The notes below the pieces were generated by a model, which was not told the DNA's origin, did no database searches, and saw only the letters and a program-made list of their open reading frames with translations. Shown here piece by piece: positions 30,901 through 44,500 of a stretch of DNA of 57,561 nucleotides. Source of the DNA: Guillardia theta CCMP2712 (lineage: Eukaryota > Protista > Cryptophyta); the NCBI RefSeq assembly GCF_000315625.1, contig NW_005434443.1, positions 1 through 57,561 of the forward strand. The letters are read 5' to 3'. Made by a program: the position numbers and the translations under genes. How positions within the stretch are numbered: position 1 is the first letter of the stretch; each line of letters opens with the position of its first letter.

Positions 30901-32624
30901 CAACAACCAGGCCGAGTACGACTTCCTCCTCCTGCTTGACTCGGTCAAGGCCATGGCGTCGGCAGAAGACATGTACGCCTTCTTCGCGGGGATGAGCATC
31001 GTGCTGTTTGTGTTCCGAATGCTCAAGTCGCTGGACTTCCAAGAGCGGATGGGGATGGTGACGAGGACGATCGGGAGGGCGTCGAGCGATCTGTTTCACT
31101 TCCTGCTGCTGTTCATGATCGTGTTCTTGGGGTATGCCATCGTCGGCGTGTTCCTCTTCGGCCATCAGTACGAGGTTTTGATTCCATTACTTGGTTCATA
31201 CATGATCCTTACGACCGTTGCAGGGGATGTCAAACTTGAGCTCGGCCTGCAAGACTCTCGCCATGATGCTCTTCAATCTTGACTCGACCTTGTTCTACTC
31301 CTCGGTACTATCAGAGGAACTTGATGGATATCGTTGACTCTTTTGTTCAGCTTTCACATTCGTCATCGGACGGAGCAGTACAAGTGTTTCTATGGTCCTA
31401 CGTGTTTGTCGTCTTCTTCCTCCTCTTCAACATCTTCCTCGCTATCCTGGTCGACGCGTACGTCAACGTCAAACATGAGGTCGATAAGGCCAACGGGCTC
31501 CTGCAGGACATCGCCCTGTTCGCCGTCCACGGGGCTCGTCGGGTGATTTCTCCCAGCTCAACTTTTATCTCGGACCAGCAGCTGGAGAAGCTACTCAAGG
31601 AGAAGCTGGAGGCCATATGTGTCAAGAACGTCATCCAAGGTGAAGTCAACCAGCACCTCGCCCACCAGAAGGCCATCCTCTTGAAGGGAGGGCATCAGAT
31701 CGGACCGCAGCAGCTCGGCTCCCTGCTGGGCTTCCAAGAGGCCAAGGAGGATGAGGTGGAGGCTTCTGCAACAAGCCTGGACGTTCCAGTGTCGGAGAAT
31801 GCGGCCATGCAGGACGTGATGAGCAGGTACGGGGAGGACGTGGCAGAGCTGCGAGATCGGAGGAACACGGAGCTCAAAGAGATCGTGGGGATGGAGAACA
31901 TGAGGTGAGAGGAGGGAGAGGGAGGCGAACAGCGAGCTGACGGCTTGTGCAGACGTCTGCTCGCCATGAACGCGATTCAGATCGGGATCATGGAGGAGCA
32001 GCGCAGGCTGATTGACCTAGTGGAAGGCATCGCTCGCAAGTCAAACGTGCAGATTCCAAGGACAAGGAGCTGCTTCGAACTGTTTGGGAAGGAGCGAGAA
32101 GGAAACAAGCGGCTGAACCTGACCGTCCTCTCAGCCTCAAAGCTTCCTAAGATGGACTTCTTTCGTAGTTGCGACCCATACTGCGTCGCCTACATCAACG
32201 GCAGCGGGTCCTCCCCCTCCTTCCGCACCAGCGTCGTGCAGAGAAGCACCTCGCCGACATGGAACGAGAAATTCACATGGAAGCTCGGGGGCGACACAAC
32301 TATCCTCACCATCACCCTCTGGGACAAAGACAACGTTGTTCGTGCCTTTGTTTCTCGTCGTTTGACTAGCATGCGCAGGTGTCAAAGGACGACTTGATCG
32401 GCACGGTCATAGTGGATCTCAGGAGCTGTGTGGCGGGAGAAGCAAGGAGAGCAGATTTCCAGGTCAGGAACCCTCAGTGCCAGGCGAAGCTAAAGGATGC
32501 AACATTGTGTCTTGAGATCGAAATATTTGAGGAAGAGGAGATGACAGAGGAGGATTTGGACCAACAACCTAGTGAGTCTCCTGAGATAAGGTATGCTCCC
32601 CCTAGAGTTATCAAGGATGATTGA
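27966..32624 (+). CDS. Polycystin-2/TRPP-like cation channel with a C-terminal C2 domain (copy 2)
   Basis: Same channel motifs as copy 1, plus CGDGVCDSP Cys-rich motif and DLNMDGELTPDE EF-hand-like loop (both also in copy 1). C2: LPKMDFFRSCDPYC...WNEKF...LWDKDN/SKDDLIG. Confidence 0.87.
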
Positions 32625-32876
32625 TGGCAATAAAGTGCAATTTTTGATAGCAGTCTGATCAGCTACTTACCAGCTGGTGCTTATCTTACCATCCAACCTC
32701 CAGTTCCAACTCTGCTTTCTCTCTCCTTTCTCCTTCTTCTGTTCCTGTTATTAGTGATCATCATTGCCTCCAATTCTCATTTTCTTTTTCTGGCTGTCCT
32801 CGATCTTCCTCTTCCTCTGCCTTCTCTTCTGCCTCACCATATTCTCTCCTCTATCTATATCTCTATCTCTCCTTGT

Positions 32877-32927
32877 CCTCCTCCTCCTCCTCCTCCTCCT
32901 CCTCCTCCTCCTCCTCCTCCTCCTCCT
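32877..32927. repeat. (CCT)n microsatellite
   Basis: Read directly. Confidence 0.95.
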
Positions 32928-33732
32928 GGAAATTTGACTAGGTATGTCATATTCCGACAACCCCCTGAGGGTTTTCTTTGACAACATCACCACCCCACCC
33001 CATCGATTCCGGAAAACACATACCATTTGCCATGTACCCCACCTGGTTCAATCTCGAACCCCACCCCTCCTCCTTATCCAGCCGTTGGATTCCAACGGGG
33101 AGATGAGGTCAAGGTAACCACTACCCCTTGTGGTGACCAATCAAGTACCCTACCGACTCTATCCTCTGACCGGCTGCCATGCGGCAGTTGCGAATGAAGT
33201 TGGAGGAGGAGGAGAGAGAGGAGGAGAGGAGGAGGAATGCAAGGAACAGAGAGCGAGATCCTGTGAAACGAGAGCGATGAGTAGGAGGAGGGGAGACGGA
33301 GAAGGGAAAGTGAAGAATCGGTTTTTGCCGGGAGGCGCCGAAATGCGTCGAGAGAACAGTCAACTATTTGGAGTGGTGTTCATGTTTAGCGAAGTAAGTT
33401 TAGAAGTGAGTCGATGAATGTCGAGAAGGAAAAGGAAACTACAGGATGGCAGCTCAAGCTGAACATGTAGATCAAGGTGCTTTCCGTAGATTGGTTCTGG
33501 TTTTCTTTCATGAAATCTGGTTGAGCGCATCGTACAATCTTGAAGCCCCTCATTTCGAATTTGAAATGGACAAGGGAGATAGTTAGACTTGAACTGGTCT
33601 AAACTTGTTGTGCCAATCCTTTTGGAGACTCATTGTTGACGTGATAGTTGGCAGGAAGAAAGTTGAAATTGATTCAAGACAAATACCAACAAACTAGGAT
33701 GCAGCAGTAACATGCAAGTAGTGAAGATCGAC

Positions 33733-36700
33733 ATGACGGCCTGGCGTTGGACTAGGATCAACTCTTTCTGTCTCATCGTGTTTCTTCATTTGATCTTCTT
33801 GTCGTCGGGTGTTGAGGCCGTAGATCGAATCCTGGCATCGGTATGAAACCCCTGCTCTCGGCTCTTCCTGCATGTTTCTACCTTCTGACATACCTGCAGG
33901 CGAGCTTTCCCGCAGACGCGCGATGGATGACTTCATATCTGAATGACATTCCTGCTCCATACCAAGTTCAAGTGGACAACACAGGCGCCTCGGCTACAGA
34001 CCGATCAAATGACAATCAACCATGGTACTTCACTTCTGGCGCGGTCTTTTCTGGCGACATGTCCGATGCGTACAACGGACTTCTATCGGTGATGAGATCT
34101 GCATCGTCGGTTTGTTGACACTGACGATGAATCTTCAGTTTCGCTTGATGCATGTTCAAATTGCTGATAGCAATGCTGTGATGATCAAGTCTCATCCGAT
34201 CGTCATCCTTAAGGCTACCTGCGGCTATTCCCTCACTTGGACGCCAAAGTCATTCCCTTCCACAGACATGGTCACTGTGAATTTGAACGAATACTCCGGT
34301 ATATGGCTACATGCTGATATCTAACGTGAATTGAACGAGTGTGCAGGATGGAAGGATAGTAGGACTGGAAAGGCACCCGACAATCTTGATTTTTTGGGTG
34401 TTCTAAGCCATTTGGAGTCAATCAAGATCTTGTAATACACTCATTGCTTTGACTCTTTCTTGTTCATGACATTTGCTCCCGCGTGAATGAGAAACTAATT
34501 AGCTTATTACAGGGGGTCATATTTCACTAGCGCTGAGACTACTAAGCTTATGGTAGACTTGTATGTCTCCATATGTTGTTGTGTTCCTGACATTGTTTAA
34601 ATCAACAGGATGTAAAGCTGATTGCTGGGTCAAGATCCCAGTATCCATGCTGCAATGCTCGCAGTGAGGTATAGCTATTCAAGTACTCGGGAACTTTACG
34701 TTGACTCTGTCAAAGGTCGATGCTTGCACAACAAAGCCCTCCCAAGAGTTCAACCCACCTAATCTAGTGTTCTATTGCGAAGGAAGGTGATTATTTACCA
34801 TTGTCCGATGAAGGGCAACGGACATCAGAACGAGTCATTCTGAAAGTTTTACTCCACAGTCAGAGAAAATCAGTGAAGATCTCAAAGATTTATCCGAGGT
34901 AACTTGATCTCGTGATCTATGAAGGATATTTAACTGCCCCCCAGGTATTCTCGTCGGACTGGCGGCACCTGGATTACAGTCACGGGTAAGGTTATACTCT
35001 ACGGTGGCTGAAGTTGTTCACTCGCTTGTTCTTTCAGGCGAAAACTTTGGGCTAGCTGGAACCAAGCCAATTGTTCGTATTGATGGAAGACAGGTAAGAG
35101 TCGATACTGTCCATGGAGGCGTCAACTGACGTCAATGCAGTGTGAAGCTACGAAGTTTGTTCCCAGCAGAGCACTGGTCCAACTTCCAAGTACCATCGAC
35201 GCCTCAACGATTCTGGCTCCATTGGTTGTGCATGAAAGCTTGATATAAATTTGACCTTGACACTTGAAATGCAGAACAACAAGCGAGGCAACGCCCTGCT
35301 GAATGCATGGATGACTGCTACAGACTCTATGAAGGTTCGCTTCCTGCTACAACAGAACAAGACGATAACACTTGGCTCAGAATATGTACCCCGAGCATTG
35401 CTGGAACGGTATGAAGGATGATGGAACGGACAAAGGATACAACTATGGAACGGTATATCCCTTCCTTCTGGACCTGAAGCCAACCCTCTGTGATATTCTT
35501 CTCTCTGCAGGAGGCAGCACCCAAGTATATCAACCAAGGAGAGACTGGGATTGACACCGGTAAACCCCGACGCGTATCTTGACTTGACACTGAGAGGAGT
35601 CGACCAGGTGGCCCATGCTTCCCCTCGCACTGCAGCAGCTGCCCAGACTCCTCCAAGTCATGGTGTGACTCCAACTACCAAGTGCGCCTCAGCCTCTGCT
35701 GCCGGTCAAGTTCGGGGCCCTGACCTTGTTCACTCAGATCATCGCTGAGTCCAGTGGAACCTGCAAGGGCCGCGGGGACCCCGTGACGGCCTGCAACCAA
35801 AACTTCCCATACCAGGTCAGCCTCGACGAGGTAGGGCTTGTCAATCTGACTCGATACCAGCGTTTCCCTTCTCTTTGTCCAGATAATCTTGACACTCCTC
35901 TGGTCTCCAACGTGGTCAGTAGATACAGTCCTACCTCTCTCTTTCAGTATCTTTCTCCCTCCTCCTCTCCTTTCTTCAACCCTCTTGCTGACCTTCTAGA
36001 GCTTCTTCTATCCTTTCCTCATTCCTCCCCTTCTGCAGTTTGCCTTTGCTCCTATCATCACAAGCACCCACAGGTCTCTACTCTGAGGTCGCAGACTCGG
36101 TACAGCACATCATCCTTGACCCAGACTGATAAGGTGTCCTCTCCTGTGAACTCTCCTACTCTTCATGACTCTTTCTCGTCTCGCCCAGTACTTCGACCTC
36201 CTGGACATCCGGAGCACAAACATCACGGCTCAACTCGCCGCTATCGACACTTCGATGACTGTCTTCAGCATCATCGACCTGGTCTGCCAGCATCAGAACA
36301 CTCCTCTGACTAGAAACTGCCTTGCTGATGGCACCGCGACCGAGCTCGTACAGGTTTCTCCACACCCAAGAACTTTTCTTTGGTCCGTTCTGAACTTTTG
36401 AACCTTCTAGAACTTTGTCAAGATCTTTGACGCCAGCGACTTCACGGTAACTTCCCTCACCTCCTCATCTCCTCCTGATCAATTTCCATGCAGAAGTACG
36501 AGGTGGTTCTGGTGGAGCAGATCACTGGGGACAACACGATCAAGGTTTCCAGGGGCAAGGGAGGAACGACTGCTATCACCTTCACTGCAGGAAGTAAGGT
36601 GTATCAGTGTGGCAAGAACGAGTACTGCGCAACCAGTCAAGACCTGGCCAACAACCGCTACATCCGAGTAGACGACGAGATCATGAAAGTGACAAGTGCT

Positions 36701-39700
36701 GGCGGCATCGCCATGGTGTCTATCCCCAGCACGACATGTGGCAGCGGCTACAACGGCTCTACTGCTCTTATCGTGGAGTGTGTGGCTCCCTGTACCAGCA
36801 GGACTCCTCTGACTGGCAGCGTACAAGTCAATCCCTCAGACAACTCCATTGCAAGCGTCACCGTCACTGACCCTGGCTCAGGATACTCCTCTAAATTCCT
36901 CCCCACCATCACCGTAGCCAACGGAGACGGCTGCACCCTGACGCCTCTCTGGACCTCTGCCATCGTGAGCCGAGCGCAGGCGCTCACAACCGCTCAAGCG
37001 CACGCCAACGTCCCGACAATCTCCCGCATGGACTGTATCGACTCCGATGAGACCGGAGACAACTGCGGTGGGAGGTGCAAACCCTGCCCGTCGGGTGTCC
37101 GCGGCCCCCAGCAGCAGGTGAACTTTCTCGAGCTGCTGCATTCAACGCTGTCTTACCATCTTCCTGCAGGATACCGTTCTATGTCTCACTCCCGAGCTCA
37201 AGCATGGGCTCAACCCGAGTGACCTGGCAGTGACCGTTGAAGCAGCACCAGGACCCACGAACTCCCCCTACCAAGTTCGTATGAACGAGATGAAGACCGG
37301 CTGGGTGGACAAGTCCTCCTACTCAGTCTCGTGCGTCTCAGAGCAGAACCGAGGGTTCGAGTACGGGGCTCATGACTTCGTGTGGAGCTCCAGCCTCAAG
37401 AGCGACTACGCAGTTGTCGTCACGGGGACGACAGTCGATGGCAACACGGGAGACACATACGTTGTCGGGGCGATGGTGAAGCAAGTGACTATTGAGGGGA
37501 AGCACATCATGTCAGCAGAGCAGATGGGATCGTTGACTGTCACTACCAGCCTGTCCACCTGCACTCCGACCATCACCGGAATCCATGATGTTGTCGGGCT
37601 GCAATATGGCTGTGCTCTCAACGGCTTCATCGCTCGTTTCTCCAAGTCAGGCAAGGCCATGTGGCTCAACAAGGTTGAAGCAACAGGGAGCTCTACTACC
37701 CCCATGTCTGTTCTGACTGACGCAGCGTTCGACCCCGCTCGCTCTGAGCTCTACGTAGTTGGTCACTACAGCGACGGCCAGACGGACGGCCAGTATGCAA
37801 CGACGCTGAACCTCTACGATGTGAATCCATCTACTCGAACCTCCGCGGCAACGACTACAAACACCATGGCGATGGAGACTCTCACGTCCACTAACGGCAT
37901 CTACCAGGAAGGCATCATCGTCAAGTACGGCAGGGAAGGCAACGTACTGTGGTACAAGAAGATCGACGCCTCGGTCTTGTCGTCGGGTGCTGGAATGATC
38001 GTGTCAGACCTCAAGATTGAGACTTACAAGGCAAGCACTAGCAACATCATCAACACCCAGCTGCATGGCATCGGCAAGCCTCCCACAGCTCCCACGTCCA
38101 CCAGCCGAGTCGACATCAACTATGACTCCGGCATTGCCCAGCAGGCAGTCCAGGGAGGCACCGGCACAGTCAGCACGATCACTCTCGCCTCCACCGCCTC
38201 CAGCACCAACAAGTGGTATAACGGCCTGACCATCAGGATCACCAAGGGACCTGGTTACGGTCAGAAGCGAACCATCTACGAGTACGACGGGACCTCCAAG
38301 GTCGCCAAGGTTCAGCCCGACTGGGACCCGCAGCAGCTCCCAACCTCAGCATCGCAGTACGTCATTGAGGGAGGCAGGCCGACCTCGTGGGTGTCTGGGA
38401 TGCACTGGAGCAACGGAGGCGTGTACGTCAGCGGCAAGATTCAAACTTTCTGCGGCCAAAACTGCTTCACAAACGCGGACAAGAACGCGACATACGTTCG
38501 GATGGGAGAAATGCGTGACGTATATCGCGACTCGACGTCCAAGACAACTCCTAAGCACATTGACGTCATTCTCTCTCAGGACGACCACCAGAACTTCGTC
38601 TCTCAGTTTGACATGGACGGCAGAGTCTTCTGGACCCGCCTGGTTGGCTCCAACGGCCTCTACGGGCAAGTTGTGAACGGTGCCCTGGCCAGCTTCACAT
38701 TTCACAGCAGTCAAACTCTAGAAGACAACATGTTCGAGGGGGCGCTGGTGACTGTCGTCGCTGGAACGAACATGGGGGAGACAAGAATGATCAGCTCCTT
38801 CTCCGCCTCGACCAACAACGTGACTGTTTCCACTGATTTCAGTGATCCATGCGACAGCACTACCAAGTTCATCATCTCCAACAAGGGCACTACGGGCACC
38901 GTCACCTCCGTCACAGCCCCCAATACGGCCATCCTCAGCGGAGACTTCCTGTCGTTCGACGACGCATACAAGGGCTTCAACATCATCTTCTCTAAAGCTG
39001 ATGGTACCACTCGATCCCTCGTACGCATCGACAGCTACACGGCCAGCACCCAAACCTTCACCTTCAAGGCCTACGGCACCTCCTTCACTGCTGCTGCCAA
39101 CGACCAGTAAAGATTGACTTACACGCCGGGCCCGCCTCTGACCTTCTCTCCAGGTTCCACATCCTCGATGCCGCCACTATCGCCGCCATGTCAGTGGCTG
39201 ACGATAAAGTTTTCCTCACGGGTCTCGCCACCCAGTCGTACCTCCGCGTTCAGAACTGCTCCTTCGACAGCGCTACCGTCCTCGAGGGCCCACCGGCCAA
39301 CACTCAGCCCACCCAGGTGTTCGAGTGCGCCAACGTGGGAACCAGTCTCATGGGCCCGACAACCTACGACCCCAGCAGCGTCGCGCTGGTGGCTCAAGGG
39401 TCCAACAAGAGCGACGCCTCGGTTGGGATGCTGAAGGCGTTCACGGGCTGGGGCATGTACACTCTTGCTTACAACGGTTCCGGCGCGGCCACGTGGCTGC
39501 AGCAGGCGAGCGGCGGGACGATCCGACCACGAGCGATCGTAGCAGTTGAGCCATCGATCGGAGGAAGAGCGCTCGAGAGTCAGTGGGGAGGAACTCCAGA
39601 CTCCAGGTCCCTCCCCAGCAGGAACCAGCCTGACGATGCATCGCATGCTCGCGACGTGGGCTCGGAGAATTTCCCGACGGCTGTGATCGACGGGAGGTAT

Positions 39701-41298
39701 GTCTACGTGGCCAGCGAGGTCTACGACTGGATGAACGCAACAGACTTTGGTAGGACAAGATTCCCGTTGGAGTGCAGTCGCGGAAAGACGCTCGGCGAGA
39801 AGTCGGTCTCGACAGATCGTCTCCTCGATGCTCAGTGCGCTGGTCAGGTCGTGGCAAAGGGCTCTTCCTCTTCCTGGCCCGGGTCCCACACAGCCTCCCC
39901 TGACATCGTCCTCGTCCAGTACTCCATGCAGGATGGGACTGTCAACCTGATCCGTCGCACCGGGCAGATGGACGGGAAGGAGACTGTGACGTCCATGGCT
40001 GCTGACCCCTTGACGGGCTCAGTCTACTTGACTGGTCAGTACTACGTAAAGTCAACGAGCGACGTACAAGGAGGAGAGACGAGGACGGGAGGGGAAGACA
40101 TCTTCGACCTTGTGGCTGCTAAGAGGGGGGAGAGTGTGGGCTGTCCCTTGCAGCGAGTCGACGGGACTCTCAGCCTCGGGGAGTCGGGCACCCCCTACTG
40201 CAAGTTCTACGCGCAGGCCAAGTCGACAGCAACTGGGACTGGCTATCTTGTGAAATTCTCTTTCAACGGCGATGAAAACAACAGGGGCAACTTGAACCGC
40301 CGGCTGGTCCCCTCCATCACGGGCCACCTGACCGCTAGCAGCTCCCTGCTCTCCTGCCAGGACAAGAACCTGGTCACCGCAGACACCAACGGCCAGACCC
40401 ATGTCCTGACAGGAAGCGCGGACTGCAAGACTCACGTCAGCGGCTGCAGCTGCCTGTACCTTGTCATCCAGTCCAGACTGACCGACGGGGCTGCTGTCTA
40501 CCAGGACTCTGGGACTGGACCGACGTCCCAGCTCAGCGGCTACAAGATCAGGATCACAGCAGGGAGGTCCAAGGGATACGAGGGTATCATATCCGCCTAC
40601 AGCGTGTCGTCCAAAGTCTACAACGTGATTCCCTCCCTCCCCTCAACCGGCGTCGACGAGACTTCACTGTTCCAGCTCTTCCCCTGGAGCGAGTTCACCT
40701 CTAGGCTCCACCTGCCCTCCTGCTCCGCCCCCGTCAACGCTGGCTGCGGCGCATACAACATCGACTGGGCCAAGACCATCGGCCGCTCTCTCTCTACGGG
40801 CGGCAACACGCAGACGACGGCGCAGACGTCTCCTGTCTCCCTCAGCCTCGTCCATTCTGACTTACTTGTCGCTGGCACCTTCTCCGGCTTCGTAGGCTCC
40901 ACTACCACCGGACAAGTCAGGTGAACAGAAGATCTATCATCGCTTCCTCCCCCTTCCCCTTCCTTCTTGCTCTTCGTCATTCGTTTGAACTCCTCTCCAT
41001 CGCTTCTTGCCCATCCTCCACCTCCTCCATCGCTTCCCAACCTCCTCCTCCTCCCCACTAGATCTTCCTCTTTTTCCTCCCCTCCACAGATCTTCTTCTT
41101 CCTCCTCGCCTCGTCTAGATCCTCCTCCTCTTCCCCACCTTCAGATCCTCCTCCTCTTCCCCTCTTCTAAATCCTCTGCTTGCAAAGGCTGTCTGACCCT
41201 CTTCCCGCAGCCTTGGCTTCGAAGGCATCGACGAGGTCGTCGGGTTTGCCAATCAGAACTCGCAGATCGGATCTTTCTTGACAAGACTGGAGGACTGA
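33733..41298 (+). CDS. Very large secreted multi-domain protein (signal peptide, laminin-IV-like, IPT/TIG, Cys-rich, beta-propeller-like and repeated beta modules), many introns
   Basis: Exon 1 (33733-33840) is MTAWRWTRINSFCLIVFLHLIFLSSGVEA..., followed by an in-frame intron 33841-33899. Motifs: WYFTSGAVFSGDMSDAYNG, TGGTWITVTG/ENFG, DSDETGDNCGGRCKPC. Long ORFs 36488-37222, 37230-39110 and 39188-40924. The last exon ends ...LTRLED*. Confidence 0.72.
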
Positions 41299-41544
41299 GG
41301 GCCCCCAAACTTCTCCTCTTCCTCCACGTAGCATAGAAACGCTTCTTTCAACCTCATGTGTGCTTGTTTATACCTCAAGAGTGCTAAACAACAAAAGCTC
41401 TCTTCTCCTCCCTCCCCTCCTCCCTCCCCTCCTCCCTCCCCTCCTCCCTCCCCTCTCTTTCTCTTCTCCCGCACACACACAAAAGAGTAGGAGGGCATAC
41501 AAGACACGGGAAGAAAGCATCTGACCGCTTCCTGACGGATCCTC

Positions 41545-44500
41545 TCAAGCTCCCTCCTCGCGGGCACATCGCAACATGTCAACTTCACTGACTGACTGAT
41601 AGCGCGACTAGTCAACTGGGTCGTCCTGGTATCTACAACCTGCGAGGCTTCACTCTCCTTCCCCGCTGCTCCTGCTCCTGCCGTCAGTCACAAGTACTGC
41701 ATCCTCAGCTCGGGCTCACCTGGCCATCCTCCCGCTTCCTCAGCAGCGTTGCTTCCCCGCTCATCATGTCTGCTGTGCTCCCTTCCCCTCCCCTCCTCTC
41801 GGGTGTTGTCATTCCCAGCTCCTGCAGCCTCCCTTCGTCTTCCTCTATCTTGTCGCAGCTCGCAATGATGTCCTGCACAGTCAAGTCAGCTGGGCTCTAG
41901 CCCGGCACTTCTCCTGACCTTCAGCTGGCCCTGGATCCTCTCGAGCTGAGCTCGCTGCCCCTTGACTTGACAGTACTGGTTTGACCGCATCTTGTCCACC
42001 ACCCCCACCCTCGTCTGCAGCTCACGACCCCCCACTGCCAGGCTCCCGTCCCACACTCTGACCTCGGTGGGCTTGTCAAGGCCGACAACCATCTCACCTT
42101 CCTGTACTGAACTCTCGAAGTAACTCCCCGCCTCCTCTGACCTCTCGAACAGGATCAGCTTCCCGAAGAAGTGCCGAGCGAACCTCCGCAGCATCCCCCG
42201 CGTCTCCTCCTTCTCCTTCCTTGGTGGCGCCGGCACCACAAACTGGCTGGCTCTCCCGTACGCTCCATCCGGGGAGAGGTCAGGCTCATCCAGAGGGATC
42301 GCGGCGTCGGGGAGCCTGTCAAGCTCGGAGAGGGTCATGACCTTGACGACGCTGAAGCCGGAGGAGGTGCGGATCTGCTCCATCTGACTGCTGGTGCCTC
42401 TGCTGGTCTTCGTCAGCAGGACGCAGTTGAGCTCGTCGCCGAAGGCTGTGGAGATGGCAATCTGAATGTCTGCGGCCCTCGGGTCATCAACGACAAACAA
42501 GGACGCAACACATCCTAGCACGTCAGCCTTCTTGGGGATCTTGACCCGGTGACTGCACTCCGGGTATCGAAGTTGGCTGTACATGTCTTCTATCGCCTTC
42601 AGCCTTTGCTCAAACACATCCCGCAGAACGTTGCAGCTGTTTCCAAACCTGTTGCAGTCTGACTTCAACAACTTATTGTCTTCTCTGTCTTTTATTTCCA
42701 CCCAGATCTCCTTGATCGGCTGACAGACTCTTGCTTTCTGGGGCAGCTGAGAAATGGAGTTGGAGATGGTCTGCCTCTCCTCGGCCAGCCGACGTCGAAG
42801 CCTCTGCGTCTCCTTGACTCGACTGTCAAGGACGCTAGCCGCGGCCTCCTGCTCCTGCTTGACACTGGGTGATCTCCCCCCCTCATCGAGAGGACAGCTG
42901 CTCTCGGTGTCATCGACCATGGCGGAGGCGGAGGGTGCAGGGAGCAACGCGCTGACAGGAATCTCGCTGATAGAGCGGAGGAGCTCGACATTCGTGCTGA
43001 TCTTGAAGGAGATCTTACTGGCAGACGTCTCGCGGGCTGGATGAGTCAGGGGAACAAGCCTGAAGCTGCTGTCCCTGCTCGGGGTCTGAGCATCGAGAGT
43101 GACTTGACTAGCCTCCAGTTTGAAGTTGTCCTCTTGGTCCAGGCACGGTAGCACGCAGGCCTGCCAATCCGATCGCTGGTGAAAGCTCGTCGAGTTGGCC
43201 TCGCGGTCCCAGGCCGTCACGTCGAAGTTCCAGAGGAGCTCGTCGCCCTCTGCCTTGGAATACCTCAAATTCAGCTGCTCCACTGGCCCTGCTCAAGCTC
43301 GTTAGCGTCGCACTTGACAGTTCACAGTCGCTCACCTGGCTTGACAACGACACGACCGTCGCAACTGACCTTGTTCTCGTCGTACGAGGACCTCGTGTCC
43401 GTGAACTCCACTGAAATCTCGTGGGGACCGAGCTGGGAGCGAGTGAACGTCAGCTCAAGGCAGTTGTCCTTGAAACAGGTGGGCACGTAAGGGATGGTCT
43501 GCCCGTGGGAGTAGAGCTTCACGTGCGGCATGTCGGTGTCGAGGTCATCCAGATGGTTGCCGTCCTCGGTGTGCAGCTGGACCTTCGCCGCAAACTTGGC
43601 GACCATCATCTGATCATTTGACATGACCTCGAGATGCTTCTCATCCTGCTCGAACGTGACTGACACCCGCGTGACGGAGTTCCTGGCGTTGACGGTGATG
43701 TTGAAGGTGAAGCTCTTAATGCGCTTCGAGACGATGTGAGGATAGTAATTTCCAGATGGCAGGGGAGGGATCTTTGACAGCCTGTACACCTCCCCATGCT
43801 GAGCATCGGTCAACTTCTCCAGCTTGACCCTCTGGTTGTGAACTTGAAGGTCAAGATCGTGCTGCCATCGGGAGGACAAGTTGTTCCCCGAGCTGTCCGC
43901 AACGTAAAATCGCAAGTCACACTCATAGTCTGCCATGCTTGGACAAGTCACATCGAGGCCCTCCTGGCTCTCCGGATTGATGCAGAGGATAGCGTTGCAA
44001 TCCCCAGGCTCGAGCTCCAGCTCGTAGCCCGCGGGGTGGAGGACGAAAGTCTTTTGGCTCCTCGTCCCCTCGCTCACGTGCAGGCTCATCCCGAGCTTCA
44101 GTGAGCCTTTGCCTGGCCTCCCGTAGATTCGCCAGTTCTTGACGCGCAGCTTTGAGCCCAGGATGGTAATGTTGCCGCAGGCATCGCGACCTTGGAGGAC
44201 TGCATTGTAATCATCGTAAAGGGAGATGTTGACAGCAGGCTGCTCGTCCTGCTCGAAGGTGAACGAGATCCGCTCGTCCAGACGCTGGTTCTGAAGCGGG
44301 ACGATCTCATGCCCGTTCTTGTCTAGGATCTTCGCCTCTAGGACATAGCTTTCTCCTGCCTTGACACCTTTCAGTGTCTTGTTTCCAGTAGCTTTCGAAT
44401 TCTTCGACACCGAGATGATCGTGAGGGTGTGGGGATCCCCAGCCAAGACCTCCACGTTCACATCATAATGAAACAATCGCCTTTCTGCTTGGCTAGAGGA

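Noticed and set aside
23721-31165. Long antisense ORFs over the channel genes (e.g. 23721-24581, 26080-26763, 28170-28835, 30326-31165)
   Set aside because: These are shadow ORFs caused by GC3-rich codon usage on the opposite strand, with no protein motifs.
33843-33899. MKPLLSALPACFYLLTYLQ as the signal peptide of the large secreted protein
   Set aside because: 33841-33899 reads as a GT...CTGAC...CAG intron, and an in-frame upstream exon from ATG 33733 gives a better signal peptide.
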